Shown: piece after piece, positions 25,120 to 39,553 of the stretch
How positions within the stretch are numbered: position 1 is the stretch's first letter
Layout of the letters: each line of letters starts with the position of its first letter
DNA from: Symsagittifera roscoffensis
Lineage: Eukaryota
Assembly: GCF_963678635.1 (NCBI RefSeq)
Contig: NC_087064.1
Coordinates: 45,985,437 to 46,049,436 of the forward strand
DNA: 64,000 bases
Direction of reading: 5' to 3'
Translations under genes and position numbers: made by a program
Notes under the pieces: model-generated
Seen by the model: the letters and a program-made list of their open reading frames with translations, nothing else
What the model was told of the DNA's origin: nothing
Database searches by the model: none

Positions 25120-25360
25120 TGTTAAGTTTCGGAGAAATGACCTCTCACTTTATAGAGAAGTCATTTCCCACTTTTTGGTTCAAAATAAGAACATGATTGG
25201 ATATCGCACGATGTCACGCGATATCGCGCGATGTCATATCAAGAAATCAGATCTCAACAGGCGGTTAACTTTCCATATATATAGAAGTTGATTTACTACT
25301 CTTTTATCGCTCTCTAATAAAACTGTTGATTATACCTAGTTTTGCTGCCAACCTGTGAAA
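25120..25360 (+). repeat. 3' LTR (241 bp).
   Basis: Direct repeat of 22386..22626. It is preceded by a polypurine tract and followed by TSD ACTTT. Confidence 0.75.
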
Positions 25361-25365
25361 ACTTT

Positions 25366-26690
25366 GCAAGATACTGCAACAGGGGAAATCAGGGTATCTC
25401 TGTTGCTGTAGAAGGTATTAGATGAAGGGCATATAGAGCACCACAGAGATGTCTTCTATCTTCGGGAGCTGGAAGAGAGGAGAACAGTGGAAAACCCAAA
25501 CAGAACTATCCAGGGTCAAGGGGTCATACGAAGTAGAGATAAGAGACCGCCACTTAACTGTAAGGAGGCATAAATATCAAGGAGGCCAGTTTCTGTCGAG
25601 CTTATGAGCAACAAATTAGCTGCAGGCACTTCATTTACAGGCACTAGATGGTGAGCAACTACCTGTGAAGCAAGGTGACAAGCTTTGCTTTCTTCACGAT
25701 TAGGTCAAGTGGAAGCCATTGACTCGAGCGCCGAAACCAAATCGGGAGTCTGGTAATGCAAAGTTGTCGCGCCACCGACTGAGGCGCCTCAACACAGACG
25801 ATATAATATCAGTTGGCAATGTGGACGAGCTGGAGCACTGCGAAGTGCTCATAGCTGAGAAGATGCATACAGCTGTAGTGGCAAAGAAGGCTGACTACAC
25901 GGCACCGGCAGTGGTTATGAAGTGACATCTAGACACTATTCGAACTTCTGAGCAGGCATGGGGTACCCTATGCATTGGGTTCTCTCGAAGGGGTCAAGTA
26001 CCAGGTGAAGAGAAGTGATGCTCAACTGACATTCAAGTGTTTGCAGCTGAGCCAGGAGCTCCGAAGAGTCTACAAACTGATAATGGAGAAAAATATTCAT
26101 CACGATTATTTCGGTTTTCTAGAAAATAACAGGGAAAGCAAGAGTCCAGAAAGCTTGAGACCTTGCAGCAGAGCCTTACAGAGACTAAGTGTCTACTGGC
26201 CGAGGCAAGGCGTAGAAGGTCAGCAACTTGAGCAAAAAGGAGTGCATTTCACAGATGGAGATGCAATTTGGTAATTAATCAAACGTTGGGTACCTTCGTA
26301 TGATCGCACGCCTGGCGAATTATCTAGACAGCGGCAGCAGTCGGAAATAAAATCCGATAGGCAAAAATAATTTCGTTGGCTAAAGAAAGCCAGGTATATC
26401 TGCTGGTGGACCTAGTGACAGCATGAGTGGTGTGGACAGACGACCTCATGGTTGACAGTATTTCATCGTGAACCCCGGGACTATTGACTGAGCGTTTTAC
26501 TGAGGTGGAGGAATCGCCGACATCCAGCGAAACACTCTTGATGGTGATACTACAACTTTAGAGGAAACTTCTGTCTGAAAAAAACTCCGTTTGCCAGACT
26601 CTAATCCGGATAGAATTGGACTGGTATTACACTCTAAGCGTTTGTTCCCAAGCGACAGTGTCCACTAAAAAAGCAACAGCTTCTCAAGGA
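25366..26690 (+). other. Degenerate internal remainder of the older retroelement (GC-richer, broken ORFs).
   Basis: Composition is about 45% GC, unlike its surroundings. It continues the split gag codon. The ORFs 25719..25925 and 25975..26274 have no recognisable motifs. Confidence 0.3.
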
Positions 26691-29600
26691 ATAGTTATCC
26701 AGTAGAGAAAACAAAAATTAGCCAGCAAACATGTCCAAAATGTCCAACGATTATAGAGAACAAAAAATTGCAAATCGTTTTTTTAGCTCAGAAAATTTGT
26801 GGGAAAAAATCCTATTTCCGATGTAAAACCAATCAAAAAAATTAAGGAGAAACAAAACAAAATGAACAACGGCGCTCTAGTGACCACGTGCATAAAGCAA
26901 ATAAATTATAAGTTACCGAGCAAAAGCCCTTGAGAAAAACCGTTGAAGCATTTGGCTGTTCAATGATGATATTACCGGATATCTCAATGAAATTATTGGA
27001 GATCTGTACATTTTTGAGACTGTAAAATCTGTAAGTCTGACCAGGCTCCTGGGTTTCCAAAAAAATGTTTGTCAAGTCTCTAATGTTAGTGCATCATCGT
27101 AGATATCCTCCAAACATAATAAGCCATTCGCAGCGGGTTTGAAACAGACAGCCTGCTTGAAATTGACAATTTGTTTGGTTCTTAACGCCACTTCAGACCA
27201 CCAAAATGAATGATTCGATTGTCGAGTGATTAAGCTAATGACATAAATATTCAACGATTATTCGCGCCTCATGCAACTTGCTTCTCGCACGGAAACTCAA
27301 TTTCTGATTTGAGGCTATTTCTCAAGCTTTTTCAGAAGAACGGGCAAATATTTGGAGCTCATGATTTCCGAGACGGAGGTTCACTTAGTTTTTCTACTGA
27401 TTCGTAAGATACCAATTGTTAGTTAAGTTAGAAATGAGTTCAAACTTAAATGACCCGAATTTAAGTACATCCAAAAATACCTGCAAATTGAGATGAACAC
27501 AAATTGAATCAAACGATAGATCAAGCTTGTCATCCATCAACCTATACAAACAGGGGCAAATTAACGCTTCCATGTGGCGCTATTATTCATTTTAGGAAAA
27601 ATACTGGATGAACACCCATTTACTTTGACACGCTGCACTCGATTAACTAGGTAAGAATGAAATTATTCAAGACGACCCATAATAAACTTGTACTCCAATC
27701 GATAAAATGGGCTGTTTAACACAATTGTCACAATCACAGTCAAGAACTTGAAGCAACATCCCAAACTGCGTGACAAATGAACGACCTTTTTTGATCCCAT
27801 ATTGCTTATCATAAAACTCAGCTACGATCAAGGAAAAAGAAAAAATGAAAAAAACAAAATCAGATGAAAAACAACTGAGGTAAAATTGAAATCGGCCAAT
27901 AGTTTTTAGCTGATGGTTTATTCTCTTTTTTGTTGAGTACTGATTTAAATTATCCGGACAAATTGAGTTGATTTTAAATTAAAATGATGAAAACGAATTT
28001 TGCTTTAAATTTCAGCAGAATTAATATGTCGCAATTTGTTTGGCATAATTAGGGCCCAAAAATGCACAAAAAAAATCATTTATGGCTTTGTTTAGTATAT
28101 CAAAAATTACTCCAAACCTATTTGGTCATTTTGCTTACAAAACTATATCACTGCAAGCCTTTTATACAACCCAGCAAAATTTGAGAGAGGTATAATTTTC
28201 TCAGTTTTGTATAAATATTTATTTTCGTTTGAAAGCCAACCTATGTCGTTTTTACTATGAAAACATCATTTTATTTTTATTTAAAAAAATATGTTTTAAA
28301 CCTTTTGCGCCCACTATAGGAGATTACACCCTCTCAAACTTTGTTGGGCTTGCAGTGATATAGTTCTGTCAGAAAATGAACAAACAGGTTTGGAGCCATT
28401 TTTGATTGACTTAACAGAGCCAAAAATGATCTTTTTGGGGTAAATTTTTCGGCCCGAATTTTGCCAAACAAATTGCTCCACATCAATTTTTTCGCTATTT
28501 TAAGCAAGATTTGTCTTCGTCATTTTTTGTTTAAAATCAACCCCATTTAAGAAAAACGGGTTATAAATTTCAAGCTTTATTCATTTTGTCCGGATACTTT
28601 AAATCAGCACTGTATATTGGAGATATGAAGTTTTTCCCAAAGACGGCCACACGAGCAAAAATGGAGGTAAATGAAAAGACAAGATAAACAAATGGTCCGA
28701 GTAGGAAACATTGTAAGAGACAAGCACATTAAAAACCAATACAATCACGCACTTTTTTGAATGCTAGCAGGATTTCTGAATAAAAAAACTTTTTCAACGC
28801 TCGCAATGCCAAAAAACCGAGACACTTTATGATCCTGAAATCCTGAATGTGAAAAGCTATTGAATATCTTAACTTTGTCTATACTGTGTCAAGCTTCTTC
28901 GTTTTTTGAAAATAACTCTGATGAAAATTTTGATTTTTGATTTTTCAGCAAAAAGAAAGCCAGAAAATTGAAAAGATTTGAGAATTTTGCTGACGTTTCC
29001 AGCTCAATTAACTTCGGTAAATTCAACACAACTCTTGAACTAAAAATAGCATGACGTTTACGGAAAGTTCTGATAGATTTCAAGCACGTTAAAAGAGGAA
29101 ACTCGAATTAGGGAAATAGTAAACTTCGGCGACAATGGATGATTAATACGTGTATAAAGCCAAATTCAGACTCTAGTCGGTTAGTGAGACTCTGATCATT
29201 ATTTTTCTTTTTCCGATAGAGAAAAAAAAACTTAGCCGAAAAACATGTCCAAAATGTCCAACGATTATAGAGAACAAAAAATTGCAAATCGTTTTTTAGC
29301 TCAGAAAATTTGTGGGAAAAAATCCTATTTCCGATGTAAAACCAATCAAAAAATTAAGGAGAAACAAAACAAAATGAACAACGGCGCTCTAGTGACCACG
29401 TGCATAAAGCAAATAAATTATAAGTTACCGAGCAAAAGCCCTTGAGAAAAACCGCTGAAGCATTTGGCTGTTCAATGATGATATTACCGGATATCTCAAT
29501 GAAATTATTGGAGATCTGTAAATTTTTGAGACTGTAAAATCTATAAGTCTGACCAGGCTCCTGGGTTTCCAAAAAAATATTTGTCAAGTCTCTAATGTTA

Positions 29601-32600
29601 GTGCATCATCGTAGATATCCTCCAAAAACAATAAGCCATTCGCAGCGGGTTTGAAACAGACAGCCTGCTTGAAATTGACAATTTGTTTGGTTCTTAACGC
29701 CACTTCAGACCACCAAAATGAATGATTTGATTGTCGAGTGATTAAGCTAATGACATAAATATTCAACGATTATTCGCGCCTCATGCAACTTGCTTCTCGC
29801 ACGGAAACTCAATTTCTGATTTGAGGCTATTTCTCAAGCTTTTTCAGAAGAACGGGCAAATATTTGGAGCTCATGTTTTCCGAGACGGAGGTTCACTTAG
29901 TTTTTCTACTGATTCGTAAGATACCAATTGTTAGTTAAAATAGAAATGAGTTCAAACTTAAATGACCCGAATTTAAGTACATCCAAAAATACCTGCAAAT
30001 TGAGATGAACACAAATTGAATCAAACGATAGATCAAGCTTGTCATCCATCAACCTATACAAACAGGGGCAAATTAACGCTTCCATGAGTGCAATTATTCA
30101 TTTTAGGAAAAATACTGGATGAAAACCCATTTACTTTGACACGCTGCACTCAATTAACTAGGTAAGAATGAAATAATTCAAGACGACCCTTAATAAACTT
30201 GTACTCCAATCTATAAAATAGGCTGTTTAACATAATTGTCACAATCACAGTCAAGAACTTCAAGCAACATCCCAAACTGTGTGACAAATGAACGACCTTT
30301 TTTTTTGATCCCATAATGCTTATCATAAAACTCAGCTTCGATCAAGGAATAGAAATGAAAAAAAATAAATCAGATGAAAAACAACTGAGGTAAAATTGAA
30401 ATCGGCCGATAGTTTTTGGCTGATGGTTTATTCTCTTTTTTTTTGTTGAGTGCTGATTTAAATTATCCGGACGAATTGAGTTGATTTTAGATTAAAATGA
30501 TGAAAACGAATTTTGCTTTAAATATCAGCAGAATTAATACGTCGCAATTTGTTTGGCATAATCAGGGCCCAAAACTGCAAAAAAAAATCATTTTTGGCTT
30601 TGTTTAGTATATCAAAAATTACTTCAAACCTATTTCGTCATTAATTTACAAAAGTATGTCACTGCAAGCCTTTTATACAACCCAGCAAAACTTGACAGAG
30701 GTATAACTTTCTCAGTTTTGTATAAATATTTACTTTCGTTTGAAAGCCAACCTATGTCGTTTTTACTATAAAAACATCATTTTATTTTTAAAATAAAAAC
30801 ATGCTGTAAACCTTTTGCACCCACAATAGGAGATTACACCCTTCAAACTTTGTTGGGCTTGCAGTGATATAGTTCTGTCAGTAAATGAACAAATAGGTTT
30901 GGAGTAATTTTTGACTGACTTAACAGAGCCAAAAATGATCTTTTTGGGGTAAATTTGTCGGCCCGAATTTTGCCAAACAAATTGCTCCACATCAATTTTT
31001 TGGCAATTTTAAACAAGGTTGGTCTTCGTCATTTTTTGTCTAAAATCAACCCCATTTAAGCAAAACGGGTAATAAATTTCAAGCTTTATTCATTTTGTCA
31101 GGATACTTTAAATCAGCACTGTATATTGGAGATATGAAGTTTTTCCGAAAGACGGCCACACGATCAAAAATGGAGGTAAATGAAAAGACAAGATAAACAA
31201 ATGGTCGGAGTAGGAAACATTGTAAGAGACAAGCACATTAAAAACCAATACAAGCACGCACTTTTTTGAATGCTCGCAGGATATCTGAATAAAAAACTTT
31301 TTTTAACGCTCGCGATGCCAAAAAAAACGAGACATTCTATGGTCCTGAAATCCTAAATGAGAAAAGCTATTGAATATCTCAACTTTGTCTATAATGTGTC
31401 AAGCTTCTTCGTTTTTTAAAAGTTAGTCAGATAAAAAGTTTGATTTTTCAGCAAAAAGCAAGCCAGAAAATTGTAAAGATTTGAGAATTTTGCTGACGTT
31501 TCCAGCTCAATTAACTTCGGTAAATTCAACACAACTCTTGAACTAAAAATAGCATGACGTTTACGGAAAGTTCTGATAGATTTCAAGCACGTTAAAAGAG
31601 GAAACTCGAATTAGGGAAATAGTAAACTTCGGCGACAATGGATGATTATTACGTGTATAAAGCAAAATTCAGACTCCATTCGGTTAGTGAGACTCTGATC
31701 ATTATCTCCCTTTTTCGGTGAGGGCTCTTGTCTCAAAATCAATGTACGATGGCGCCAAAATCACTCTTAGAAAAATTTTAAGGTCGGTTGGCCAAAAGTT
31801 GATGGTCAGGGAATAGAAGTCACCCTAACACTAACTACCCCACCTAAATCGGCTATATAGCTCCGTTTTTTTTGAGTGCCCGATTCATTAATTTATGTCT
31901 TAGAAGCTCTAGCTTTTTCGGAAAAATTGAAACGCTAAAGCACCACGTTTTAACCAAACCATGAATTATAAAAAAAACCTAGATTGAAAATTTTGTTACG
32001 TAAGTAAAATATTTGACCTTCGAAGAAGTAGGTTTTTTGCTGAAGACATCTTCAGATTACAGCCGATACTGCGCTTTTCAGCCCTTTTGGTCTCAATTTA
32101 AGGTTAATCCAGGATAAGGTTTCATATCTCTGCGAGCTAATACCTAAACTGAAGATGTTAATATCGGGTTTATCCCATATGGAGAAAGAGATACAATATT
32201 AGTTCATTTGAATCCTCAAAAGATTTAAGTACTACCAAAAATTAGCATAAGAACTTCATTTTACAGTTCTGATTTAAATTAAACTAAATAACGAACAACA
32301 TTTGAAATTTTTAAATAATTATTCTCAAAACAGGTTAGTTTTAGAAAAAAAAGCAATGAAAACCGAAGTTGTTCAAAATTAAACCAGACTTAATAAAATA
32401 TTTATTGTTCCAACTTTCGATACGAAAGCAACGGAATATTTGTGCTCGGGTGGGTTTTTTTTTTCAGACAAATTTCGACTTTTTAACCAGGCATTTTTGA
32501 CGGAATTTTCAAAATATCATCCGAAAGCTATTGTTATCCTGAGCTTAAATTTGAAAATATATTTCACCTGTGACCTTTTTTCGTAAAGTTATGGGGGTTT

Positions 32601-33817
32601 AAAGATTGCCATTTTGGGACAATTAACGCGCGATATATTTCGCGCTATCAACCCGTAAGCGGAGAGTTAATCCGTCTTAGAAGTCGTTCCAAATTGGTTG
32701 AAAGAAACTTATTTGCCATAATTGATTTGTTACAAGGAGCGAAATCTATCCTGTTGTACTTCATATGGCGTGTGGGGGGATGATTTTCATAAAAAATTTC
32801 AAATTTAAAAAAAAACTTCATTTCATTCTATTATATTTAATTTTTTTTTGTTATTACTGCTCAATAAACCTCAAAAGTTTTTTATAAAATCAGATTCAAA
32901 AAGTCACAAAGTAAAACTGGGTCGTTTTGTTTAATCAAAAAGATACGCAAAATTACTAGGTCATCCTTTTAATGATTTGATAGAAAATGAGTACAATGAA
33001 TCAGCCAAATGAATCAGAAGGATATAAGCACAAGGCGTAAAAATTGGCCATTTTTTTGAAATTTATTTCAAACTTAAGGCTAGCCATTTTGTAGGAAAAA
33101 TACCCTGTTTGTCAGGTTTTGAATTCGAATTTCTTAAAACAATTTGCATCATACTATGGTTGATAAAATTCCAAGTAACTTAGGTTTGCATCCTCTAAAT
33201 TTACTGAAACTTGAACATATGAAGCTTTCTTTTGTAAAAGTCACATAGTTTTTAAGATATAAACTGTATTTTAAAAGGAGATGTTGCGTTTTTTCTTGAG
33301 TTGTTATATTTAACAAATAAGAGATAACAAAATCGAGAAAAAAGCTAAATATCTCAAGTTGTATAACAAGAAAAAACGAAACATCACAAGTTAAAATACA
33401 CAATTTGTATCTTCCAAAATACGTGGCTTTAACAAAATAGAGTTTCATAAAAGAGAGTTTTATATAATCTCAAACCTGGACTCTCCTTCTAGAGTCACTA
33501 AATAGATCAAAAGTTCTTTGGTGGTCAAATACTCTTTAAGCAAATATTTATTAACTTCCCAGACGGGGAAGGGGACAAGATCCAAACCAATGATAAACAT
33601 TGAGCATGGCCGCAAGTTACTGGAACAAGAGTTACTTAAATCAAAGAACAGAAATCAATCAAACTTTGTTTTCCTATATTTATTTAGAGAAACTTTTATA
33701 CAAGAGCTCAATTTCGAAAAACTGTATGATTGACGCAGCAAAGTATAAATAAGAAGCGTGACCACAAGTCACTGGAAAAAGTTAATCAAATCAAAGACAC
33801 AGAAAACAGTTAAATTA

Positions 33818-34105
33818 TGGGTGATATATTACAATAGGTGGTAATTTTAAATTAAATAGATGGATCATTTTTTGCTTTACTTCGCACAGTATATACAATT
33901 TATTTTAAAAGCCAATTTTTTTAAGCAAGAGTGTAAAATTTGAGTTTTTCAAAGGCACTTTATCTGGCAGAGTAATGTATTTGCAAAAACAATCTTAGCA
34001 GCATGTACAATTGATTGAAAATGAAATGACTATATTATGCATTACAGTTCTCAAATTTAATTCATGCACTGCAGTTAAAATTACCACCTATTGTAACATA
34101 TCACC
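33818..34105. mobile_element. MITE (about 288 bp) with 28-32-bp TIR GGTGATATATTACAATAGGTGGTAATTTT inside the V unit.
   Basis: Perfect inverted termini. The same insert lies at 42608..42894 in V2. Confidence 0.5.
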
Positions 34106-34437
34106 TTTTAATAACCTAAAATATTAAACATAATTTTGTATCGATTACTTTTTTTTGATCAATTGGACTAATTTATGTTGCCTTCGAAGAAGTTAATTTA
34201 TGAAAAACAGTCATTTTATCCCCCTCCCCTAAATCGATTGGGGGGTGTTTATTCTTTTTTTGAATAGTAATTTCTCTATGTCTGAAGCTCAATTTCAAAA
34301 ACTTATATAAATGACACAGATCGGCGCACTTTGCAATAAAAGCTTTCATGAAAATAATTAAAACAACGACGAAGCTGAACTTCTACCACTTGCGATGCAA
34401 ACATGACTACGATTAAAAAGCAAAAAAAAATTTACAA

Positions 34438-34890
34438 CATAGCCAATCGAAGATTGGAAAAGAGTATTGAACGCAAGTAAACATAAAAAAAACGTTCTTG
34501 AAAAAATCTCAACTTTCGAACTTCAAAGAAAAAAATAGATGCCCTTTCAGCTCTTTGAATTTCTAGAACAATTTATGATCGGCGCTTTTCTAATAACATA
34601 AACCCAACGTGAGAAAATTGGATCAACAGGTAAGTTTTTTATCCCGCTTGAAACCTAAAAATGAAATTCAACTTTCGAAACTAGAAATCATTCACGTTTT
34701 TTCTGCGCCATTTACACGTTCGTATTTCCACGGGTGCTATTTACGTCACTTTCATCATATGAATTTCAATTGAACTTAAAAGTGCATATATACCTAAGTG
34801 CATCAATACTTTGAGACTTTTTCCCGAAAAAAACTAAAACAAAAAATCAGCAAGACCTATTTAAGACTCTTCACTACGTTCATTACTCTT
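34438..34890 (+). mobile_element. MITE family A copy (in W1). Paralogous copies lie at 43221..43673 (W3) and 37250..~37300 (fragment).
   Basis: Same termini and internal sequence as the 17234..17690 copy. Confidence 0.6.
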
Positions 34891-37800
34891 GAAAAATGAA
34901 AAAAAAATCGCAGAAAAGAGGCCAATCTTTAAAAAAGAAACATTTCCCGCTGAAACTATGCTGACAAAAATCAGCAGACATAAGGTAGACTAAATTGCCG
35001 GAAAGTTTTAGTTTGCAAACAAAACAGATCCAGACTGGAAATGAACTCAGGGTTTCCTCGTTTCAATCATGGGTGTTATCACTGCGCCAAAAGTGCAGAA
35101 TACTCCTTGAATTTGAATTAATAATAAAGTAAGTCAACATTTGTAAAATTTTCATGCGCGAATCCTGTTAACAAGGGTAATAAGCACAAAAGAAACAAAC
35201 TGGTCGCTGCACAAGAACATAAGGTTCCGATCAGAACAATTCATGAACAAAAATTTAAAAAGAAGCGTTTTCTCTAATTTTCCAAAAAAAATTCTAAGTA
35301 GAAGGAATGCACAAAAAAATCTATCCAAAAGTGAGTAATGACCGTCCAAAAAAACTTAACAGCTGTAAGTAACAGCAAAAGGAAGTTATTATCCACTAGC
35401 CTGCAGTAAGTTACAATAAAATCATCACAGAGGCGAAACTGATTTTTACTCCACTAGCAATAAAAATAACTAAGATAAGAACAGCATGACGCTCAAGAAG
35501 TAGCAACTACAATTTCGAAGGATGTAAATGGAATTATTAAAACATAAAAAACTGGTGGTATGGGGCCACGAGTACTACAACACAAGAACAAAAAAGTTTG
35601 AAATGGAATTGCCCGTAGTATATAACCGACCTTGCATTCTACCGGAACCCATCTCACAACAACAAGAGCTTCTATTTGAAACTAAACTCAAATATTCCGT
35701 TACTTTCGTATCGAAAGTCGGAACAATAAATTATAAGTTACCGAGGAAAAGCCCTTGAGAAAAACCGTTGAAGCATTTGGCTGTTCAATTATGATATTAC
35801 CGGATATCTCAATGAAGTTATTGGAGATCTGTAAACTTTTGAGACTGTAAAATCTGTACGTCTGATCAGGCTCCTGGGTTTCCAAAAAAATGTTTGTCAA
35901 GTCTCTAATGTTAGTGCATCATCGTAGATATCCTCCAAAAATAATAAGCCATTCGCAGCGTGTTTGAAACAGACAGCCTGCTTGAAATTGAATTTGTTTG
36001 GTTCTTAACGCCAATTCAGACCACCAAAATGAATGATTCGAAATTTTGCCGAGTGATTAAGCTAATGGCATAAATATCCAACGATTATTCGCGCCTCATG
36101 CAACTTGCTTCTCCCATGGAAACTCAATTTCTGATTTGAGGATATTTCTCAAGCTTAGTTCAGAAGAACAGGCAAATATTTGGAGCTCATGATTACCGAG
36201 ATGGAGGTTCACTTAGTTTTCTCTTGATTCGTAAGATACCAATTGTTAGTTAAGTTAGAAATGAGTTCAAACTTAAATGACCCGAGCTTAAGTACACCCA
36301 AAAATACCTGCAAATTGAGATGAACACAAATTGAATCAAACAATAGATCAAGCTTGTCATCCATCAACCTTTACAAACAGGGGCAAATTAACGCTTCCAT
36401 GTGGCGCTATTATTCATTTTAGGAAAAATACTGGATGAACACCCATTTACTTTGACACGCTGCACTCGATTAACTACGTAAGAATGAAAATTTTCAAGAC
36501 GACCCTTAATAAACTTGTACTCCAATCGATAAAATGGGCTCTTTAACATAATTGTCACAATCACAGTCAAGAACTTCAAGCAACATCCCAAACTGCGTGA
36601 CAAATGAACGACCTTTTTTGATCCCATATTGCTTATCATAAAACTCAGCTTCGATCAAGGAAAAAGAAAAAAATGAAAAAAACAAAATCAGATGAAAAAC
36701 AACTGAGGTAAAATTGAAATCGGCCAATAGTTTTTAGCTGATGGTTTATTCTTTTTTGTTGAGTACTGATTTAAATTATCCGAACAAATTGAGTTGATTT
36801 TAAATTAAAATGATGAAAACGAATTTTGCTTTAAATTTCAGCAGAATTAATATGTCGCAATTTGTTTGCCATAATTAGGGCCCAAAAATGCACAAAAAAA
36901 ATCATTTATAGCTTTGTTTAGTATATCAAAAATTACTCCAAACCTATTTGGTCATTTTGCTTACAAAACTATATCACTGCAAGCCTTTTATACAACCCAG
37001 CAAAATTTGAGAGAGGTATAATTTTTTCAGTTTTGTATAAATATTTATTTTCGTTTGAAAGCCAACCTATGTCGTTTTTACTATGAAAACATCATTTTAT
37101 TTTTATTTAAAAAAATATGTTTTAAACCTTTTGCGCCCACTATAGGAGATTACACCCTCTCAAACTTTGTTGGGCTTGCAGTGATATAGTTCTGTCAGAA
37201 AATGAACAAACGGGTTTGGAGCCATTTTTGATTGACTTAACAGAGCCAAAGCAGACATAAGGTAGACTAAATTGCCGGAAAGTTTTAGTTTGCAAACAAA
37301 ACAGATCCAGACTGGAAATGAACTCAGGGTTTCCTCGTTTCAATCATGGGTGTTATCACTGCGCCAAAAGTGCAGAATACTCCTTGAATTTGAATTAATA
37401 ATAAAGTAAGTCAACATTTGTAAAATTTTCATGCGCGAATCCTGTAAACAAGGGTAATAAGCACAAAAGAAACAAACTGGTCGCTGCACAAGAACATAAG
37501 GTTCCGATCAGAACAATTCATGAACAAAAATTTAAAAAGAAGCGTTTTCTCTAATTTTCCAAAAAAAATTCTAAGTAGAAGGAATGCACAAAAAAATCTA
37601 TCCAAAAGTGAGTAATGACCGTCCAAAAAAACTTAACAGCTGTAAGTAACAGCAAAAGGAAGTTATTATCCACTAGCCTGCAGTAAGTTACAATAAAATC
37701 ATCACAGAGGCGAAACTGATTTTTACTCCACTAGCAATAAAAATAACTAAGATAAGAACAGCATGACGCTCAAGAAGTAGCAACTACAATTTCGAAGGAT

Positions 37801-39204
37801 GTAAATGGAATTATTAAAACATAAAAAACTGGTGGTATGGGGCCACGAGTACTACAACACAAGAACAAAAAAGTTTGAAATGGAATTGCCCGTAGTATCT
37901 AACCGACCTTGCATTCTACCGGAACCCATCTCACAACAACAAGAGCTTCTATTTGAAACTAAACTCAAATATTCCGTTACTTTCGTATCGAAAGTCGGAA
38001 CAATAAATTATAAGTTACCGAGGAAAAGCCCTAGAGAAAAACCGTTGAAGCATTTGGCTGTTCAATTATGATAATACCGGATATCTCAATGAAGTTATTG
38101 GAGATCTGTAAACTTTTGAGACTGTAAAATCTGTACGTCTGATCAGGCTCCTGGGTTTCCAAAAAATGTTTGTCAAGTCTCTAATGTTAGTGCATCATCG
38201 TAGATATCCTCCAAAAATAATAAGCCATTCGCAGCGTGTTTGAAACAGACAGCCTGCTTGAAATTGAATTTGTTTGGTTCTTAACGCCAATTCAGACCAC
38301 CAAAATGAATGATTCGAAATTTTGCCGAGTGATTAAGCTAATGGCATAAATATCCAACGATTATTCGCGCCTCATGCAACTTGCTTCTCCCATGGAAACT
38401 CAATTTCTGATTTGAGGATATTTCTCAAGCTTAGTTCAGAAGAACGGGCAAATATTTGGAGCTCATGATTACCGAGATGGAGGTTCACTTAGTTTTTCTC
38501 TTGATTCGTAAGATACCAATTGTTAGTTAAGTTAGAAATGAGTTCAAACTTAAATGACCCGAGCTTAAGTACACCCAAAAATACCTGCAAATTGAGATGA
38601 ACACAAATTGAATCAAACAGTAGATCAAGCTTGTCATCCATCAACCTTTACAAGCAGGGGCAAATTAACGCTTCCATGTGGCGCTATTATTCATTTTAGG
38701 AAAAATACTGGATGAACACCCATTTACTTTGACACGCTGCACTCGATTAACTACGTAAGAATGAAAATTTTCAAGACGACCCTTAATAAACTTGTACTCC
38801 AATCGATAAAATGGGCTCTTTAACATAATTGTCACAATCACAGTCAAGAACTTCAAGCAACATCCCAAACTGTGTGACAAATGAACTACCTTTTTTGATT
38901 ACATAATGCTTATCATAAAACTCAGCTTCGATCAAGGAATAGAAAAAATGAAAAAAAAATAAATCAGATGAAAAACAACTGAGGTAAAATTGAAATCGGC
39001 CAATAGTTTTTAGCTGACGGTTTATTCTCTTTTTTGTTGAGTGCTGATTTAAATTATCCGGACAAATTGATTTAATTTTAAATTAAAATGATGACAACAA
39101 ATTTTTTGCTTTAAATTTCAGCAGAATTAAAATTTCGCAATTTGTTTGGCATAAATAGGGCCCGAAATTGCACAAAAAAAATCATTTTTGGTTTTGCTTA
39201 GTAT

Positions 39205-39553
39205 GGCGGAATCCCTCATGCGCGAAGGATCGAATGCGCGAAAATACAAATCAGATTCCAGTAATCTAAAATTTGCAAAGAAAGCAAACATTTCCAGGGA
39301 CTAGAATATTGATATTGGCCGAATATAAAAACGGCAGAATATGCAAAATTTTCGAATTGTCACTGACCGCCGCCGCATTGGAACAAATTTCATATTTCAA
39401 GGGTTTCGTTATAAAAGAAGCGAACTATTGCTTCATTTAATTGAATGGCAATTGCTTCTTTTCAAAATTTGACTTTCGGCTAATTTTATTTTCGGTCATT
39501 CGCTCACAAGTTTTTTCGCGCGTTTGGTCCTTCGCGCATGACAATAGCCCCCA
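39205..39553. mobile_element. MITE-like insertion (about 349 bp, imperfect ~30-bp TIR …TCATGCGCGAAGGA…) present only in the U4 copy; TSD ~TTAGTAT.
   Basis: Paralogous U copies at 28085, 30595 and 36910 read …gctttgtttagtatatcaaaa… uninterrupted. U4 reads …cttagtat[insert]tttagtatatc…. Confidence 0.55.

Larger units (their letters stand above)
22386..25360 (+). mobile_element. Non-autonomous Ty1/copia-like LTR retrotransposon: LTR, gag, a pol vestige and LTR, with TSD ACTTT.
   Basis: Two 241-bp direct repeats differ at about 7 positions. Five-bp flanking duplications ACTTT lie at 22381-85 and 25361-65. A purine tract gaaaggag precedes the 3' LTR. The internal gag has CCHC knuckles and a copia 'gag_pre-integrase'-like remnant. 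Confidence 0.75.

Noticed and set aside
26842-27254. Recurrent ORFs MNIYVISLITRQ… and MTNIFLETQEPGQ…, seen 3-4 times across 26.8-38 kb.
   Set aside because: Recurrence reflects the U-unit duplication. The ORFs are interrupted by stops between them. They have no recognisable domain and vary neutrally (V/L, T/A, C/F).
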